A stretch of DNA of 64,000 nt, taken from assembly GCF_009914755.1 (NCBI RefSeq), contig NC_060929.1; one strand, given 5' to 3'. This stretch comes from the human T2T-CHM13v2.0 reference genome, Homo sapiens. The notes under the pieces were generated by a model. The model did no database searches. It saw only the letters and a list, made by a program, of their open reading frames with translations, and was not told the origin of the DNA. This document shows, in pieces, positions 29,231 through 46,351 of this stretch (positions are counted from its first letter, which is position 1; the number at the start of each line of letters is the position of its first letter). Position numbers and translations under genes: made by a program.

Positions 29231-31558
29231 GCCGTAACACTTTTAGCATAAAACCAAATTCTTTTCCATGGTATTTGCCTACCTTTAGACCCACTTCATG
29301 CCACTCTCCTGCACAAGCTTCAGCTACACTGGTCTTGTGTAATTACTCATCTTTGAACAATTTTCTCCAGTTCAGCTACTGGCTGAAAAATAGTGTAGCT
29401 GGTCACGGGTCCTAAAGTGGGCCTAATGTGTAGTTTCAATTCATGTTTGTTGTATGAACATCCTCTCACCAAATCTGCCATGCTCTCTACCCTTGAGGCA
29501 CTACACTCGGGCTTTCAGGTAATTTAGGGAGTCGTGTGGCTCTGATAAAGTTCTTAAAGCCTTAGAATCTCTGATAGTTGCTGCTTCTCCTCTTCCTGCC
29601 TCACCTCCGGCAGTCTCCATGTCTAGAAGACTAGTTTGTTGATAATTAAATAGCATCCCAGTATTTTCTCCTTTGCATCTACCTATTTTCACACTGCAGT
29701 GTAGAAATGGGTCTCTACAAAAACACTCCATACTTTTCTCATTTGCTTATGTCCCTGATCTTCTAATCAAAGATTGTTGGATAAACTTTAAAAAATTGGG
29801 ACAGTCTGCCAAAGTCTAAAGAAGAAAATTTAATGATCTTGGTAAAAAAATGTTCTACTTATCAGATTTCTTGATTCATTTATTTGTTTAAGAAATAATT
29901 ACTGAGGCATAATATATTGCATAGTCAAGTTTCCGTCTCTGATTAGGTTTATGGTTTTCATTAAAGAGGTCTTAGATTTCCTGTATAACTTTAATTCCCT
30001 TAACTGTAATACTTTTAGTTTCCGTTGCAATCGACTTTTTTGGGTAAGTTTGATTCCAATTTCATGCATTGGCATTTTTATTGATTTTTTTTGTGGCTTT
30101 ATTTTTCATCCTGACTTTTGTAAATACTTTTTCTTTGTAATAATATTTTTACTGTTTTTAAACTGGAATTTCTAGTTGTGAAAACACATTGTTTGCATGA
30201 AAGTGTTCTACAAAGAGTTTTGTGATGATCAAAAAAATTTTGCAGACATTTCAGCTATCAGCATGGTATAATGAAAAGCTTGAAGATCAGAAAAGTTTCA
30301 GAACCTGTATCTTTTGTAGTGCTGTTTAACAACGAAAAGAATACAAATGTAGAATGCTGCTCTTGGTCTTTTCTTTGAAAAAGTAAGTTCAGAGGATGAT
30401 AGAATTTTAGAGCTAGAGCAGATGCACCCTTCCCAACACCCACCCCCACCACTCCTATCAATCATGCAGACTAAGTTTCTCACTGTATGCAGATGAAGGA
30501 ACTGAAGAACAGAGAATTGAATCACTTGCAAGTCATCCAGATCATTTATGGCAGATCCATGACCAGAAACCTGTGTTCTTAATCTGATCACAGTGCTTAC
30601 TCCCTCTTTCCCAACAACATATCTTTAAATGTAATAAAGATAGTATAATATAAAATTCAGCTAGTTATAAAAATAAGAAATTTCCATGCATAAAAATTAA
30701 AACACATTTTTAAGTATTTTAGCCAATCTGATTAAACATAGCACATACATACATTGTTTTCATTCAAATAAATTAAAAGAGAAATGAATGAAAAGAAATT
30801 TCATGTACAGTAAGAAGACACGATGATTAAGAATGCTGATTTCCTTTCTTCCATACATGGTTATTAGCATTTTGCCCTGTGCTAGATTTGGAGGAACACA
30901 TATGACTTAGGAGTTTAGGTTAATCTTCTGGGATAACAGATCTTGGAAGAATAGTGTTTTTGAAAGAATCACTGCATAACTACACCTCCTATGTACGTCT
31001 ATTTTTAACTTTATTAAGTACTATATTTGAATGAAATATCTAACAAATGAAAAGAAACTAAAAAATCCAATTATAATTTGTTGTATATATAATTTTTTAT
31101 ATGACACATGTAATTCAGAATAGTTCAGAAACTCACTCTTTTGTAAAATAATTAAAATTGACAGATACAGCTAAAATCACCTCAGACTAGTTACTTCTAA
31201 TCTCGATGTCTTCCCTAGCAGTAATTCCTTCTATGAATTAGGGTTTACCTTTTTCAATGTTTTTCTATATATTTACTTGGTTACATATGTACCTACAGAA
31301 CACATATAGTTTTATTTACAATTTTCTTTAAAATATGAAAAATCAAAAGGGCATGTATTCTTGAGCAGGCATAAATGCCACAATCCAGAACCTATTATAT
31401 TAGCAGAGACCCTGAGATGGAAGAAAGCTAGCTGTATCACTGCCTTAACACAGCTGGAAAAAGAGTTGGCTTGCAGTTAAGATGATGTGGGAGTAGTGCC
31501 ATTAATGAGGCTGGGAGTGGAGGCATTACATAAGCAGACACCTTCCCTTACCGCTTAC

Positions 31559-31690
31559 CTACACAGCCTTCTCCATCGGGCCTTCGGGCCATTCCAGGAG
31601 GGCAGATGCACATGAAGGTGCCGATTAGATTCTTACACATCATGCCCCTAGATTCACAGTCGTGTAACCCTTCAGCACATTCATCCAGAT
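31559..31690 (-). CDS. FBN2: FBN2 exon 55 (cbEGF)
   Basis: [12 protein letters not shown]...DGEGCV; tag acceptor, gtaagc donor; 132 nt. Confidence 0.95.
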
Positions 31691-32148
31691 CTAGAACAAA
31701 AAATAAAAATTAAAAATTATCTGGAGCAAGCTGTAGTTTAGTACTTTTAAGTCACAGGTGTGGTCTTCTGACACTTAACATGTAATTTTATGGTGGGACA
31801 GAGAAAGGAGAAGCCCAGCCATTGTCAGCTGTTGGCTATATTCCAGATGTGTAAGTTTCAGCACTGCTCATAGTGATAAGAAGTTTAGGGAAGGGCAATC
31901 TTTGCCTTAATAAGAATCCAAGAGTGTGAGAATAGTGGGCTTCTCAACCCATCTTATCTCGGACTTGATTTTACAAAAATACCATCATGTGTCTTGTTAT
32001 CTAGGTATGGAAATCTACTAGCAAAATGCTGTCATATATATATTTCTGTAAAGCTCTAGAAGAAATTAGTTGAGAACTATAAAATCATTAAGATGTATCT
32101 CCAGCATGACAAATAAAGTTCGAACTACTCCCGAGTCTGAGGCCTTAC

Positions 32149-32271
32149 CTTTGCACATCTTTTGATCTTCCCTGAGGGCATAGCCAATCGGGCACGTGCA
32201 TTCATAGGACCCAAAAGTGTTCATGCAGCGGAAAGCACACAGCAGTGGGTTCTGGGCACATTCGTTGATAT
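32149..32271 (-). CDS. FBN2: FBN2 exon 54 (cbEGF)
   Basis: [12 protein letters not shown]...DQKMCK; cag acceptor, gtaagg donor; 123 nt. Confidence 0.95.
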
Positions 32272-32479
32272 CTGACCAAAGGAATGGACAGGAATGTGCT
32301 CAGCCTAGAGTTCTAATTATTTGTGTAACTAAATGTTGATGTCATTTACTTGGCGGTCATACACAAAGCAATAGAATAGTAGAACTTACACATCTGGTAC
32401 GCAGAATTTAGTACCTAACAAACTCATCTTTAAAAATAACAGCTATAAACTCCGGAAAGAATATAAAAAGTACCTGAAG

Positions 32480-33125
32480 TTTTTAGTGGTGAGCTGAAAC
32501 TCAGAGCAAACAACCAGTAGGGAGTAATTTCACATTGATTTGGCTTCTATTTTTCTGAAATTACCCTCCAGATGACCATGGCCTGGCAGTGCTGTCATCT
32601 GGTAGCTAACTCTCCAGAAGAAACTTTCTGAGATTCCATCCAGAGGAAGGAGGGGAGGGAATCTTAGGGCAACCAAGTCTGCTAAAGAAAGGGAACCCAG
32701 GAAAGAATGCCAGGGAAGGAGAAATACTATTTGTTTTTCATCTAGTCAGCTCAAGTGGCATGACTGTACTATGCATGTGTGGGGCAAAATCAAGAATGCT
32801 AGTGAGTAAGGTTTAAAGAACTGACAGATGAGCCACCGCCCTTCTGAGGCCTGAGGGTCTGCTATTGTGCCTACCAGAGTTGACTGTCTGCTAAGACAAA
32901 TACATCAATATTCTTCAGAGTAATATAACTGATTTCGAAGCATATCATTCACAATATCCAGAGTATAAATCCAACATTAACCAATATACTGAAAAGGCAG
33001 GAAACTGTGACTCCATTTCAAGGGAATAGACAATCAAGAGATGCCAACCCTGAGATGACCCAGATGCTGGAATGATCAGACAAGGGCTTTACAGCAGCTA
33101 TTTTAACTGTACTAAAGGAAAACTA
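32480..33125 (+). mobile_element. Old L1M 5'/ORF1-proximal fragment
   Basis: gagatgacccagatgctggaatgatcagacaagggctttacagcagctat resembles the L1M ORF1 start. Confidence 0.5.
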
Positions 33126-33278
33126 AAAACCAACCAACCAAACAAAAAACCCAAAAAACAAAAAACCCCACCGTATGCTCACCAGCAGAATATCAGAAGC
33201 AATATAAATAAATATTGAGACATTAAAAAACACTTTCTATGTCAAGAAGAAATAATATTTAAGACAAAGATCACTTGC

Positions 33279-33398
33279 CTTCACAATTCATCATGGGCCC
33301 TGGCTCAAAGCCTTCATTGCAATTGCATTCAAAACTCCCAATAACATTGGTGCATGTACCATTTCCACACGGATTGCCGATTGAACACTCATCAGTAT
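33279..33398 (-). CDS. FBN2: FBN2 exon 53 (cbEGF), GC donor
   Basis: [11 protein letters not shown]...PMMNCE; cag acceptor, AAG|GCAAGT donor; 120 nt. Confidence 0.94.
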
Positions 33399-33967
33399 CT
33401 GAAAAAGAAGAATAAGAAACTGCCACAAAGATGTTTTAGTTTAACAGGAGAATGCCCAGGAAGACCCATGCTTGGCCCTCACCCATTTCCAGGATCTGAG
33501 AAGGGCACATGTAACCCTGGCATCCCTTGGGCCTTGGCTGGCTGGCAGCTATGTAGTGCAGAGGGTCTGAAGGATCAATGTGCAATGCTCTGGCCCCCAG
33601 GCAGCAATACTCGCCCTAAAGATGACAAATCCAGAAGAAGAATGTGGTCCTCTGCTTCAAGAGCAGGCATGGAAGGGCATAAAGTAAAATGGATTTCTTA
33701 TCCAATGAGAGATTTTGGCAATTGTAAGTCTCTAGGACACATAAGATTTTGTATGTTTGGTTGAAGACAGAGGTTGTTAACTCTCTCCATCTTCACATAA
33801 ATCAGGTCTGACTGGAAAATGTAAGACTGGTGAAGAAGGTGCCACTACTAGCTATTTATCCTGGATTTGTAAATCCCCCCATCACCCAGGGTACCTGAGA
33901 GACCTTTTACTGAATATGAGAAGTAAAATAGAACTTTAAAATTCTGTAATGTGGAGCCAACACTCAC

Positions 33968-34093
33968 CCACACAGCGTACTCCAGTGTAGTCAAGGTTGT
34001 AGCCCATTGGACATTCACAGCGAAAAGATCCGTCGGTGTTGATACATTGACCATTTGAACAAATGCCTGGGCTCTCAAGACACTCATTGACAT
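33968..34093 (-). CDS. FBN2: FBN2 exon 52 (cbEGF)
   Basis: [12 protein letters not shown]...TGVRCV; tag acceptor, gtgagt donor; 126 nt. Confidence 0.95.
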
Positions 34094-34141
34094 CTAAAAT
34101 ATAGAACTGCATGTGAATTTCCTCATATAAAAAGATATGCC

Positions 34142-34456
34142 GGCCAGGCGCAGTGGCTCATGCTTATAAATCCCAGCACTTTGGGAGGCCGAGGTGGGTG
34201 GATCACCTGAGGTCAGGAGCTTGAGACCAGCCTGGGCAACATGGCGAAACCCCATCTCTACTAAAAATACAAAAAAAAATTAGCCAGGCATGGTGGCGCA
34301 CACCTGTAGTCCCAGCTACTTGGGGAGACTGAGGCAGGAGAATCACTTGAACCCAGGAAGTGGAGGTTGCAGTCAGCTGGATCGCACCACTGCATTCCAG
34401 CGGGCAACAGAGTGAGACTCCACCTCAAAATAAATAAATAAATAAATAAAATAAAA
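34142..34456 (+). mobile_element. AluS (Sx-like)
   Basis: Full dimer, (TAAA)n tail, perfect 15-bp TSD ataaaaagatatgcc 34127-34141 / 34457-34471. Confidence 0.95.
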
Positions 34457-34722
34457 ATAAAAAGATATGCCAGTACTGTGTATGTCTATTCAACACAGAC
34501 TTGTAAATACTTCTTTTGTCAGAGAAATATGTATTTCATATATCACGATATAATCTTATGATATATGTATAATGTATATGATACAAAATAAGGGTTATAT
34601 ACATCCATTAAATACAATATACTATATGTTACATAGTAAAGTTAGCATGAGTTATAAAATAAATGTAAAATAATACGTGTGTATTAAATAAGAATATAGG
34701 AATAAAATATATCAAAGCGTAC

Positions 34723-34788
34723 CTTCACGTGTATCATGAAGACTAGGGACAGTTCCATGGCCATATGGACACAAATCCTGAAATGCAA
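34723..34788 (-). CDS. FBN2: FBN2 exon 51 (TB6 C-terminal part)
   Basis: (V)[21 protein letters not shown]; tag acceptor, gtacgc donor; 66 nt. Confidence 0.93.
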
Positions 34789-35572
34789 CTACAAAGAAAA
34801 ATACAAATTCTCCATTATTGAAGACTTGAAATTATCAAAGAACTTAAGAAAGGATGAACAATATACATGAAATTACACTTAATTATGTTTCCATTACAAA
34901 GCTGTCTATAACAAGACTCTTTTATTTTTATGATTTATTTCAAAAGCATATTTAGTGAGGGCCACCTTCTAGGGTGCCACCTGCTCAGTGCTCCTGGTTC
35001 TTTCTGTTTGCTCATTTAAAGCTGAGCAGCTAAAGAGAACTTCCCTGCCCATCACACTCAGAAGCCATCCCTAACCCAGAGGCCAAGCCAGCTGGAGTTT
35101 GCTGGGAATTATCCTATAATTTATGGGTGCCAATGAGACCTGAGGCTATTGATCTTTTCCTGTAAAGGGCCATTGTGCTGACTCAGCTTCTCAGAATTTA
35201 ATGTAACATTCTGAGAGCCACAGCCTGTGATACAATGCCCACATGGGACTCCTGGAGCAACCTGGAATATAATTTCCATTCCCTTCTTTCTCCTGCCTTG
35301 GACCTCTCAAATTCGTACTTTTGAAAGCAAGTAATACTAACCTTGGAGGTGGGGAATGAAATAAAAGGGTAACTCCACCTGTGCTTAGACATGTCTTATT
35401 CAAAAGCTGAAAGAAGTTTCTCAGGCTAGGTTGTTCAATGAACCATCAAAACTTATATGCAAGGAGATGATTTCACTCTCAAAATATTCTTAAATTACAT
35501 GGTTAAACCCACTCTGGCAAACATTCAAAAACTGGTACACAAAGTGCTGTCTGATGATGTCATTGCTCTTAC

Positions 35573-35725
35573 CTTCATCGTCTTTGGGGCACAGCTCACA
35601 GGGGTCCCCCCAGCCCTCTCCTGGCATCTTACTACAGCAGCATTTTGCTTTTGTGGTGTTGAAAGCTTTGGGTACAGAACACTTTCCATTTTCAAAATTT
35701 GTGAAGCAGAAGCTCTGGCGAGTAT
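35573..35725 (-). CDS. FBN2: FBN2 exon 50 (TB6 N-terminal part)
   Basis: DTRQSFCF...[25 protein letters not shown]; tag acceptor, gtaaga donor; 153 nt. Confidence 0.95.
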
Positions 35726-36369
35726 CTAATCAAAAAAGCAAACATTACAGATGGAATTATTTTGTAACACTGTTTGGACAGAACATTTCTCATTGTAGAA
35801 CACGGGATGCAGACTAGATCAGCAGTTAAGGCAGGTCTGGAAATCTTCGATTGCTGATTTCATTTGCCAATTTAGACTGACCTGGCTATAAAATTATTTA
35901 ATTATTTAATATGCTTAAAATATTTTTATAATGTGCTAAGAAAATTCGAGAAATCATGCTCAGTATCAAAGTGATTTCCACACAGAGTCTCTTTTTTCAC
36001 TGTTGCATGATAGTCTAAGAAAAACAATCAAGGTAACTTTCAGTAAGTTACATCACATCAAAAGCATCACATACACCAACAAACAAAAAAGCTATGACAA
36101 CAACAAAATTAACATAGTCATTCTGATAAATCAGAATAAGAATTTTTCTTTTAGTAAAAAAATTTATAAAAATGTAGAAACAGTGGCAATAATTCAAAGT
36201 ACCTTAAAAATTGTTCATTGCTTATGTTTGAGACCTAAATTTTTAACTTGCAGATGTATTTTAGCATAGACATGTATTTTGTTAGGACTAATACCAGCAT
36301 GATGGTTTACAATTCAGCTTTAAAGTTTCTAAGCGTGAACTGTGACAGTGAAGTCATGCCAAATCTTAC

Positions 36370-36495
36370 CAAAGCATCTCCGTCCATTATCAGATAGTAC
36401 AAAGCCAGGGGGGCAGAGGCACTGGAAGCCCCCTGGAGTATTAGTACAGGAACCAAAAAGACAAATGTTGGGATCTTCATCACATTCATTTATAT
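36370..36495 (-). CDS. FBN2: FBN2 exon 49 (cbEGF)
   Basis: [12 protein letters not shown]...NGRRCF; cag acceptor, gtaaga donor; 126 nt. Confidence 0.96.
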
Positions 36496-36659
36496 CTGCA
36501 GAACAGGGGGAGTATTTATTAGCCATTCAACACTTGAAAATAAACAATTGTCCATACTATCACTGTCCACTAGCCAGCTGATATTTCAGACAAGAGATAT
36601 TACGTTGTATGTTTAACTTATTCATAAAAATAAACTATTATTGCTTCAGAAGTCAAAAG

Positions 36660-37930
36660 TTGTAATTTCAACCAACCATGTGCCAGAGAGTCCCAAGTCC
36701 ATGTCCACCTTCCTGTCTTTGATCTTTAGGGGTGTATGTATGTCTACCTGCCTACCTGACATGAACAACTCCATGTCTCATGGGCATTGCAGGCTCCATG
36801 TGGCCAAATGTTCTATGAACTGGTCCCCTTCTCCCTGATAACTCTCTCTCAGTAATCCAAATTGTGATCCCCATGTCACCCCTATTTCTCTCCTTTTTTC
36901 ACTCCACATGCAAGCAGAATGTGGCAGCCATTTCTACCTCCTCAGTACTTCCACAGCCATCATCATTTGCCACCAGTCTCTCAACTGATGTCTACATCTC
37001 CTGAATGTCTTCTTCTTGTCACATTGCCACCAGGGCTGCCTTTCTAAAACGTCCATCTGATTACATTTGAAAATCTGTGCCTATGGAAATGGAGGGCTGA
37101 GACATATTTTGACAGTGTTATCATTTCCCCCTTTCCCCAGAACGCTTCCTTAAAATAAATAAGCATGCCTGCCTGACTAGTGATTTTTCGTCGTTTTTTT
37201 TGTGGGAAGTACTTATTTAATGGAATGTTTTAATCACATGAAAAAATACTACTTTTCAGGCACATTAGAACGTAAGCTCCATGAGGACATGACATGTCTG
37301 TCTGGCTCGCTGTTGCACCTTTAGCTCCTAGCACGGTATCTGGCACACACAAGTTCTCAATTTATGTTGGTAGAAGTTTAACAAAAGAGTCATCACATCC
37401 CTTCTATAAAACAACAAAAAACTGCAGAAACCAACACCACCGCCACCACCACCAACAACAAAAAAAACAAACACAACAACTCCTGCAATGGCTCCACGCT
37501 GACCGCAGGCCTGAGTTCAATCTTCTGAGCCAGCCATTCTATGCTCCTTGTCGTGCTCATGCTGCCTATGTTTCCAAATAGCCTCTTCTGTTCTCTTTCT
37601 TTGGTTGATCAGTAAAATCCTATCCAACATTTAAGAGTGACCTAGACAATCATCAATCCTCTGTGACAGGCTTTCTTGAACTGCCACCCTCTCACAACTA
37701 CCATAATGATCCCTAACCTCCTGCGGTGCTCCCATCTCCTGAACAGACCTCCAGTACAATGTCTGTCACATTGTATTATAAGGATGTCTTCACAAAACAG
37801 GTTTATTTACAAAATAGGTCTCTCCCCTTAGGTAGTAAGTTACCCCAAAGCAAAGATGATGTTCCTGTATTTCTAGCACCTAGAAAGGTGCCAAATGTTC
37901 ACTGTCATACCCACTGAATGTAGGAATGAA
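36660..37930 (+). mobile_element. L2 fragments
   Basis: gtaagctccatgaggac...cctagcacggtatctggcacac and similar L2 3'-end motifs. Confidence 0.55.
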
Positions 37931-38004
37931 TTTATATCTGTGCAGGGTATGTGTACACATATCTATGTCTGTGTATGTGTGTGTGTGGTCATGTTAGAAT
38001 GTCA

Positions 38005-38592
<588 letters not shown>

Positions 38593-38895
38593 TCACAGAG
38601 ACAAAGAAGAATCAAGATTGAGCATGAGCAAAGAAAATGGAAGAACAACAGGATCTTAAACTTTTCTTTTTTTTAATTAATTAATTAATTATTATACTTT
38701 AAGTTTTAGGGTACATGTGCACAATGTGCAGGTTAGTTACATATGTATACATGTGCCATGCTGGTGTGCTGCACCCACTAACTCGTCATCTAGCATTAGG
38801 TATATCTCCCAATGCTATCCCTCCCTCCTCCCCCGACCCCACCACAGTCCCCAGAGTGTGATGTTCCCCTTCCTGTGTCCATGTGTTCTCATTGT

Positions 38896-42718
<3,823 letters not shown>

Positions 42719-42781
42719 TATGACGTTAGCTGGTTATTTTGCTCGTTAGTTGATGCAGTTTCTTCCTAGTCTCGATGGTCT

Positions 42782-43798
42782 TTACATTTTGGCATGATTT
42801 TGCAGCGGCTGGTACCGGTTGTTCCTTTCCATGTTTAGCACTTCCTTCAGGAGCTCTTTTAGGGCAGGCCTGGTGGTGACAAAATCTCTCAGCATTTGCT
42901 TGTCTGTAAAGTATTTTATTTCTCCTTCACTTATGAAGCTTAGTTTGGCTGGATATGAAATTCTGGGTTGAAAATTCTTTTCTTTAAGAATGTTGAATAT
43001 TGGCCGCCACTCTCTTCTGGCTTGTAGAGTTTCTGCCGAGAGATCCGCTGTTAGTCTGATGGGCTTCCCTTTGAGGGTAACCTGACCTTTCTCTCTGGCT
43101 GCCCTTAACATTTTTTCCTTCATTTCAACTTTGGTGAATCTGACAATTATGTGTCTTGGTGTTGCTCTTCTCGAGGAGTATCTTTGTGGCGTTCTCTGTA
43201 TTTCCTGAATCTGAATGTTGGCCTGCCTTGCTAGATTGGGGAAGTTCTCCTGGATAACATCCTGCAGAGTGTTTTCCAACTTGGTTCCATTCTCCCCGTC
43301 ACTTTCAGGTACACCAATCAGACGTAGATTTGGTCTTTTCACATAGTCCCATATTTCTTGGAGGCTTTGCTCATTTCTTTTTATTCTTTTTTCTCTAAAC
43401 TTCCCTTCTCACTTCATTTCATTCATTTCATCTTCCATCGCTGATACCCTTTCTTCCAGTTGATCGCGTCAGCTCCTGAGGCTTCTGCATTCTTCACGTA
43501 GTTCTCGAGCCTTGGTTTTCAGCTCCATCAGCTCCTTTAAGCACTTCTCTGTATTGGTTATTCTAGTTATACATTCATCTAAATTTTTTTCAAAGTTTTC
43601 AAGTTCTTTGCCTTTGGTTTGAGTGTCCTCCCATAGCTCGGAGTAATTTGATCGTCTGAAGCCTTCTTCTCTCAGCTCGTCAAAGTTATTCTCCGTCCAG
43701 TTTTGTTCTGTTGCTGGTGAGGAACTGCGTTCCTTTGGAGGAGGAGAGGCGCTCTGCTTTTTAGAGTTTCTAGTTTTTCTGCTCTGTTTTTTCCCCAT
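42782..43798 (-). pseudogene. L1 ORF1, 338-codon frame with two nonsense codons
   Basis: MGKKQ...NHAKM; CGA>TGA at codon 110 (43469-43471) and codon 130 (43409-43411). Confidence 0.93.
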
Positions 43799-44690
43799 CT
43801 TTGTGGTTTTATCTACTTTTGGTCTTTGATGATGGTGATGTACAGATGGGCTTTTGGTGTGGATGTCCTTTCTGTTAGTTTTCCTTCTAACAGACAGGAC
43901 CCTCAGCTGCAGGTCTGTTGGAGTACTGGGCCGTGTGAGGTGTCAGTCTGCCCCTGCTGGGGGGTGCCTCCCAGTTAGGCTGCTCGGGGGTCAGGGGTCA
44001 GGGACCCACTTGAGGAGGCAGTCTGCCCGTTCTCAGATCTCCAGCTGCGTGCTGGGAGAACCACTGCTCTCTTCAAAGCTGTCAGACAGGGACATTTAAG
44101 TCTGCAGAGGTTACTGCTGTCTTTTTGTTTGTCTGTGCCCTGCCCCCAGAGGTGGAGCCTACAGAGGCAGGCAGGCCTCCTTGAGCTGTGGTGGGCTCCA
44201 AACAGTTCGAGCTTCCGGGCTGCTTTGTTTACCTAAGCAAGCCTGGGCAATGGTGGGCGCCCCTCCCCCAGCCTCACAGTTTGATCTCAGACTGCTGTGC
44301 TAGCAATCAGTGAGACTCCATGGGCATAGGACCCTCCGAGCCATGTGCGGGATATAATCTCCTGGTGCGCCGTTTTTTAAGCCCGTCGGAAAACCGCAGT
44401 ATTCGGGTGGAAGTGACCCGATTCTCCAGGTGCCGTCTGTCACCACTTTCTTTGACTAGGAAAGGGAACTCCCTGACCCCTTGCGCTTCCCGAGTGAGGC
44501 AATGCCTCGCCCTGCTTTGGCTCGTGCACAGTGCATGCACCCACTGACCTGCGCCCACTGTCTGGCACTCCCTAGTAAGATGAACCCAGCACCTCAGATG
44601 GAAATGCAGAAATCACCCGTCTTCTCCGTCACTCATGCTGGGAGCTGTAGACCGGAGCTGTTCCTATTTGGCCATCTTGGCTCCTCCCCC
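43799..44690. promoter_or_regulatory. L1 5'UTR with sense and antisense promoters
   Basis: Complete relatively CpG-rich 5'UTR with YY1 motif; bidirectional activity is established for primate L1, activity here unknown. Confidence 0.7.
44250..44547 (+). pseudogene. L1 ORF0, frameshifted; C-terminal frame reopened at ATG 44320
   Basis: MVGAPPPAS then ~11-nt deletion and TAG at 44301-44303; ORF 44320-44547 has GPSEP...VRRFLS...VTRFSRC. Confidence 0.8.
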
Positions 44691-45657
44691 CTTAAACTTT
44701 TCAAGAAACTTCTCACTGAGATGATTCTAGTATTATTGTTTATTATTTTTTAAGTATTAAAAACACTAGTCTTATAATGAACTATACAAATCAGAAAATC
44801 AGAATGACTAGGGGATACCCATGGTATCTAATTATGTGGTCTGAAGAATAATTAAATTCTATGAAGTAAACTACTTCCTTCTGCCCTATTTAACTCCCTT
44901 AAATATGAACAGTAGAATGACATATCTTTAGGTAGAATCTTGCCAAGGGCGATAGAATTGGATAATTCAAAGGCAGAAAATATCCTTAGCATCTTTTCAC
45001 GTTAGAAAAACCACACTAAAATGCTGGTGCTTCTGAATTTCAACAAGGCTGTAAAAAATAATTTGTATAAAAGTGAAATAAAGTGAACTGTAAAAAAGGT
45101 CGGACTTCATCATGTCCACTAGGCAATTCTGGGACACACTTTTGATGTGGTTACAGTGTTCGTGTGTGCTGGAAGGGTTTCAACAGAAAAACATCTGTTA
45201 TGACAAATGGATTAATATTTGCTGCTTTGACATGAGGCCTTCCCAAGAAAAAGAATGTCTCAACAGCATTGTCGAGATTTTTCTGCTTCACATTTCTAAG
45301 ACCCTAGACACCTTTAATAGCTGTTTTAAAACTGGGTGCCAAAGATTACAATTTTTGTAGACACTCTTTAAATTCACTGAAAGTCGCTGCTGACATTTGG
45401 AAAAAAGATTAATTAGCATATGCTGAAAATTCTTTGACTAGCATTAGATTTCTGGTAATGAAAAAATCCTACATCCCTAAGTTTTTTATTCTCACCATCA
45501 TTTCTGATGGTTCAGTAAAACAGATGTAGGCAGCTATATGTTTAATTCCTTAGGTCAGCATGCTTGCAGTGGTTGGCACTTAGTATGTTTCCAGAGTCTT
45601 TACCATGTCTTACTATACTGAACTACTAGTGGGCCTCAGAATAAATGTTACTCTTAC

Positions 45658-45777
45658 CAATGCAGTTCTCGCTTTTTACTTCATACCCTGGGGGACAGAT
45701 GCATCTGAAGGATCCCTCCAAATTCTGACAGGTACCAGGAGAGCAAGAGCCGGGAAGGGCGACACACTCATTAGTGT
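45658..45777 (-). CDS. FBN2: FBN2 exon 48 (cbEGF)
   Basis: [12 protein letters not shown]...KSENCI; aag acceptor, gtaaga donor; 120 nt. Confidence 0.96.
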
Positions 45778-46222
45778 CTTTAGAGAAAAAGAAGAGAAAA
45801 AATAATTTAAGCATGAGATAATTGTTACATAGATTTATCTGTCTGCCAAATGATATTAACATGAATTCAACTCGGGTCCTCTGATCTACTGGGTCACCAT
45901 GAACAAATATTACCAAAGATACTCTTCTGACATCTTGGATATTTCTTATTTGGCAAGTGGCTAATTTTCTTTATTTGTTGTCTTTGCTTACTTTTCTTAA
46001 GACATGGACAGCCTCAAGCTCTGTCCCCAGTAAAAACACTGCCTATGAGACATTCCCATTGTTGATACCTTATACTAAAATTTTCCATCATAGCTTATCT
46101 TGGTCATGTGCTCTGATGATTAAATGAAATATTAATGAGTTCTTAAGTGAAAGGAGGGAGGCACATATCATCATTTTACAAAACATAACACCACAAAGAC
46201 TGCTTATTATTTAAATACTTAC

Positions 46223-46351
46223 CTATACAGTTTTTGCCATCTGGGGTAAGTTCATAACCTTCGTTACATAGACACTTGAAAGAACCAATTTCATTAAAAC
46301 AACGTCCATTTCTGCACACCTGACCAAAAAAGGAACTGCACTCATCTATGT
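46223..46351 (-). CDS. FBN2: FBN2 exon 47 (cbEGF)
   Basis: [13 protein letters not shown]...DGKNCI; cag acceptor, gtaagt donor; 129 nt. Confidence 0.96.

Noticed and set aside
33354-33764. 136-aa + strand ORF
   Set aside because: No recognisable domain, composition bias or exon structure; consistent with chance
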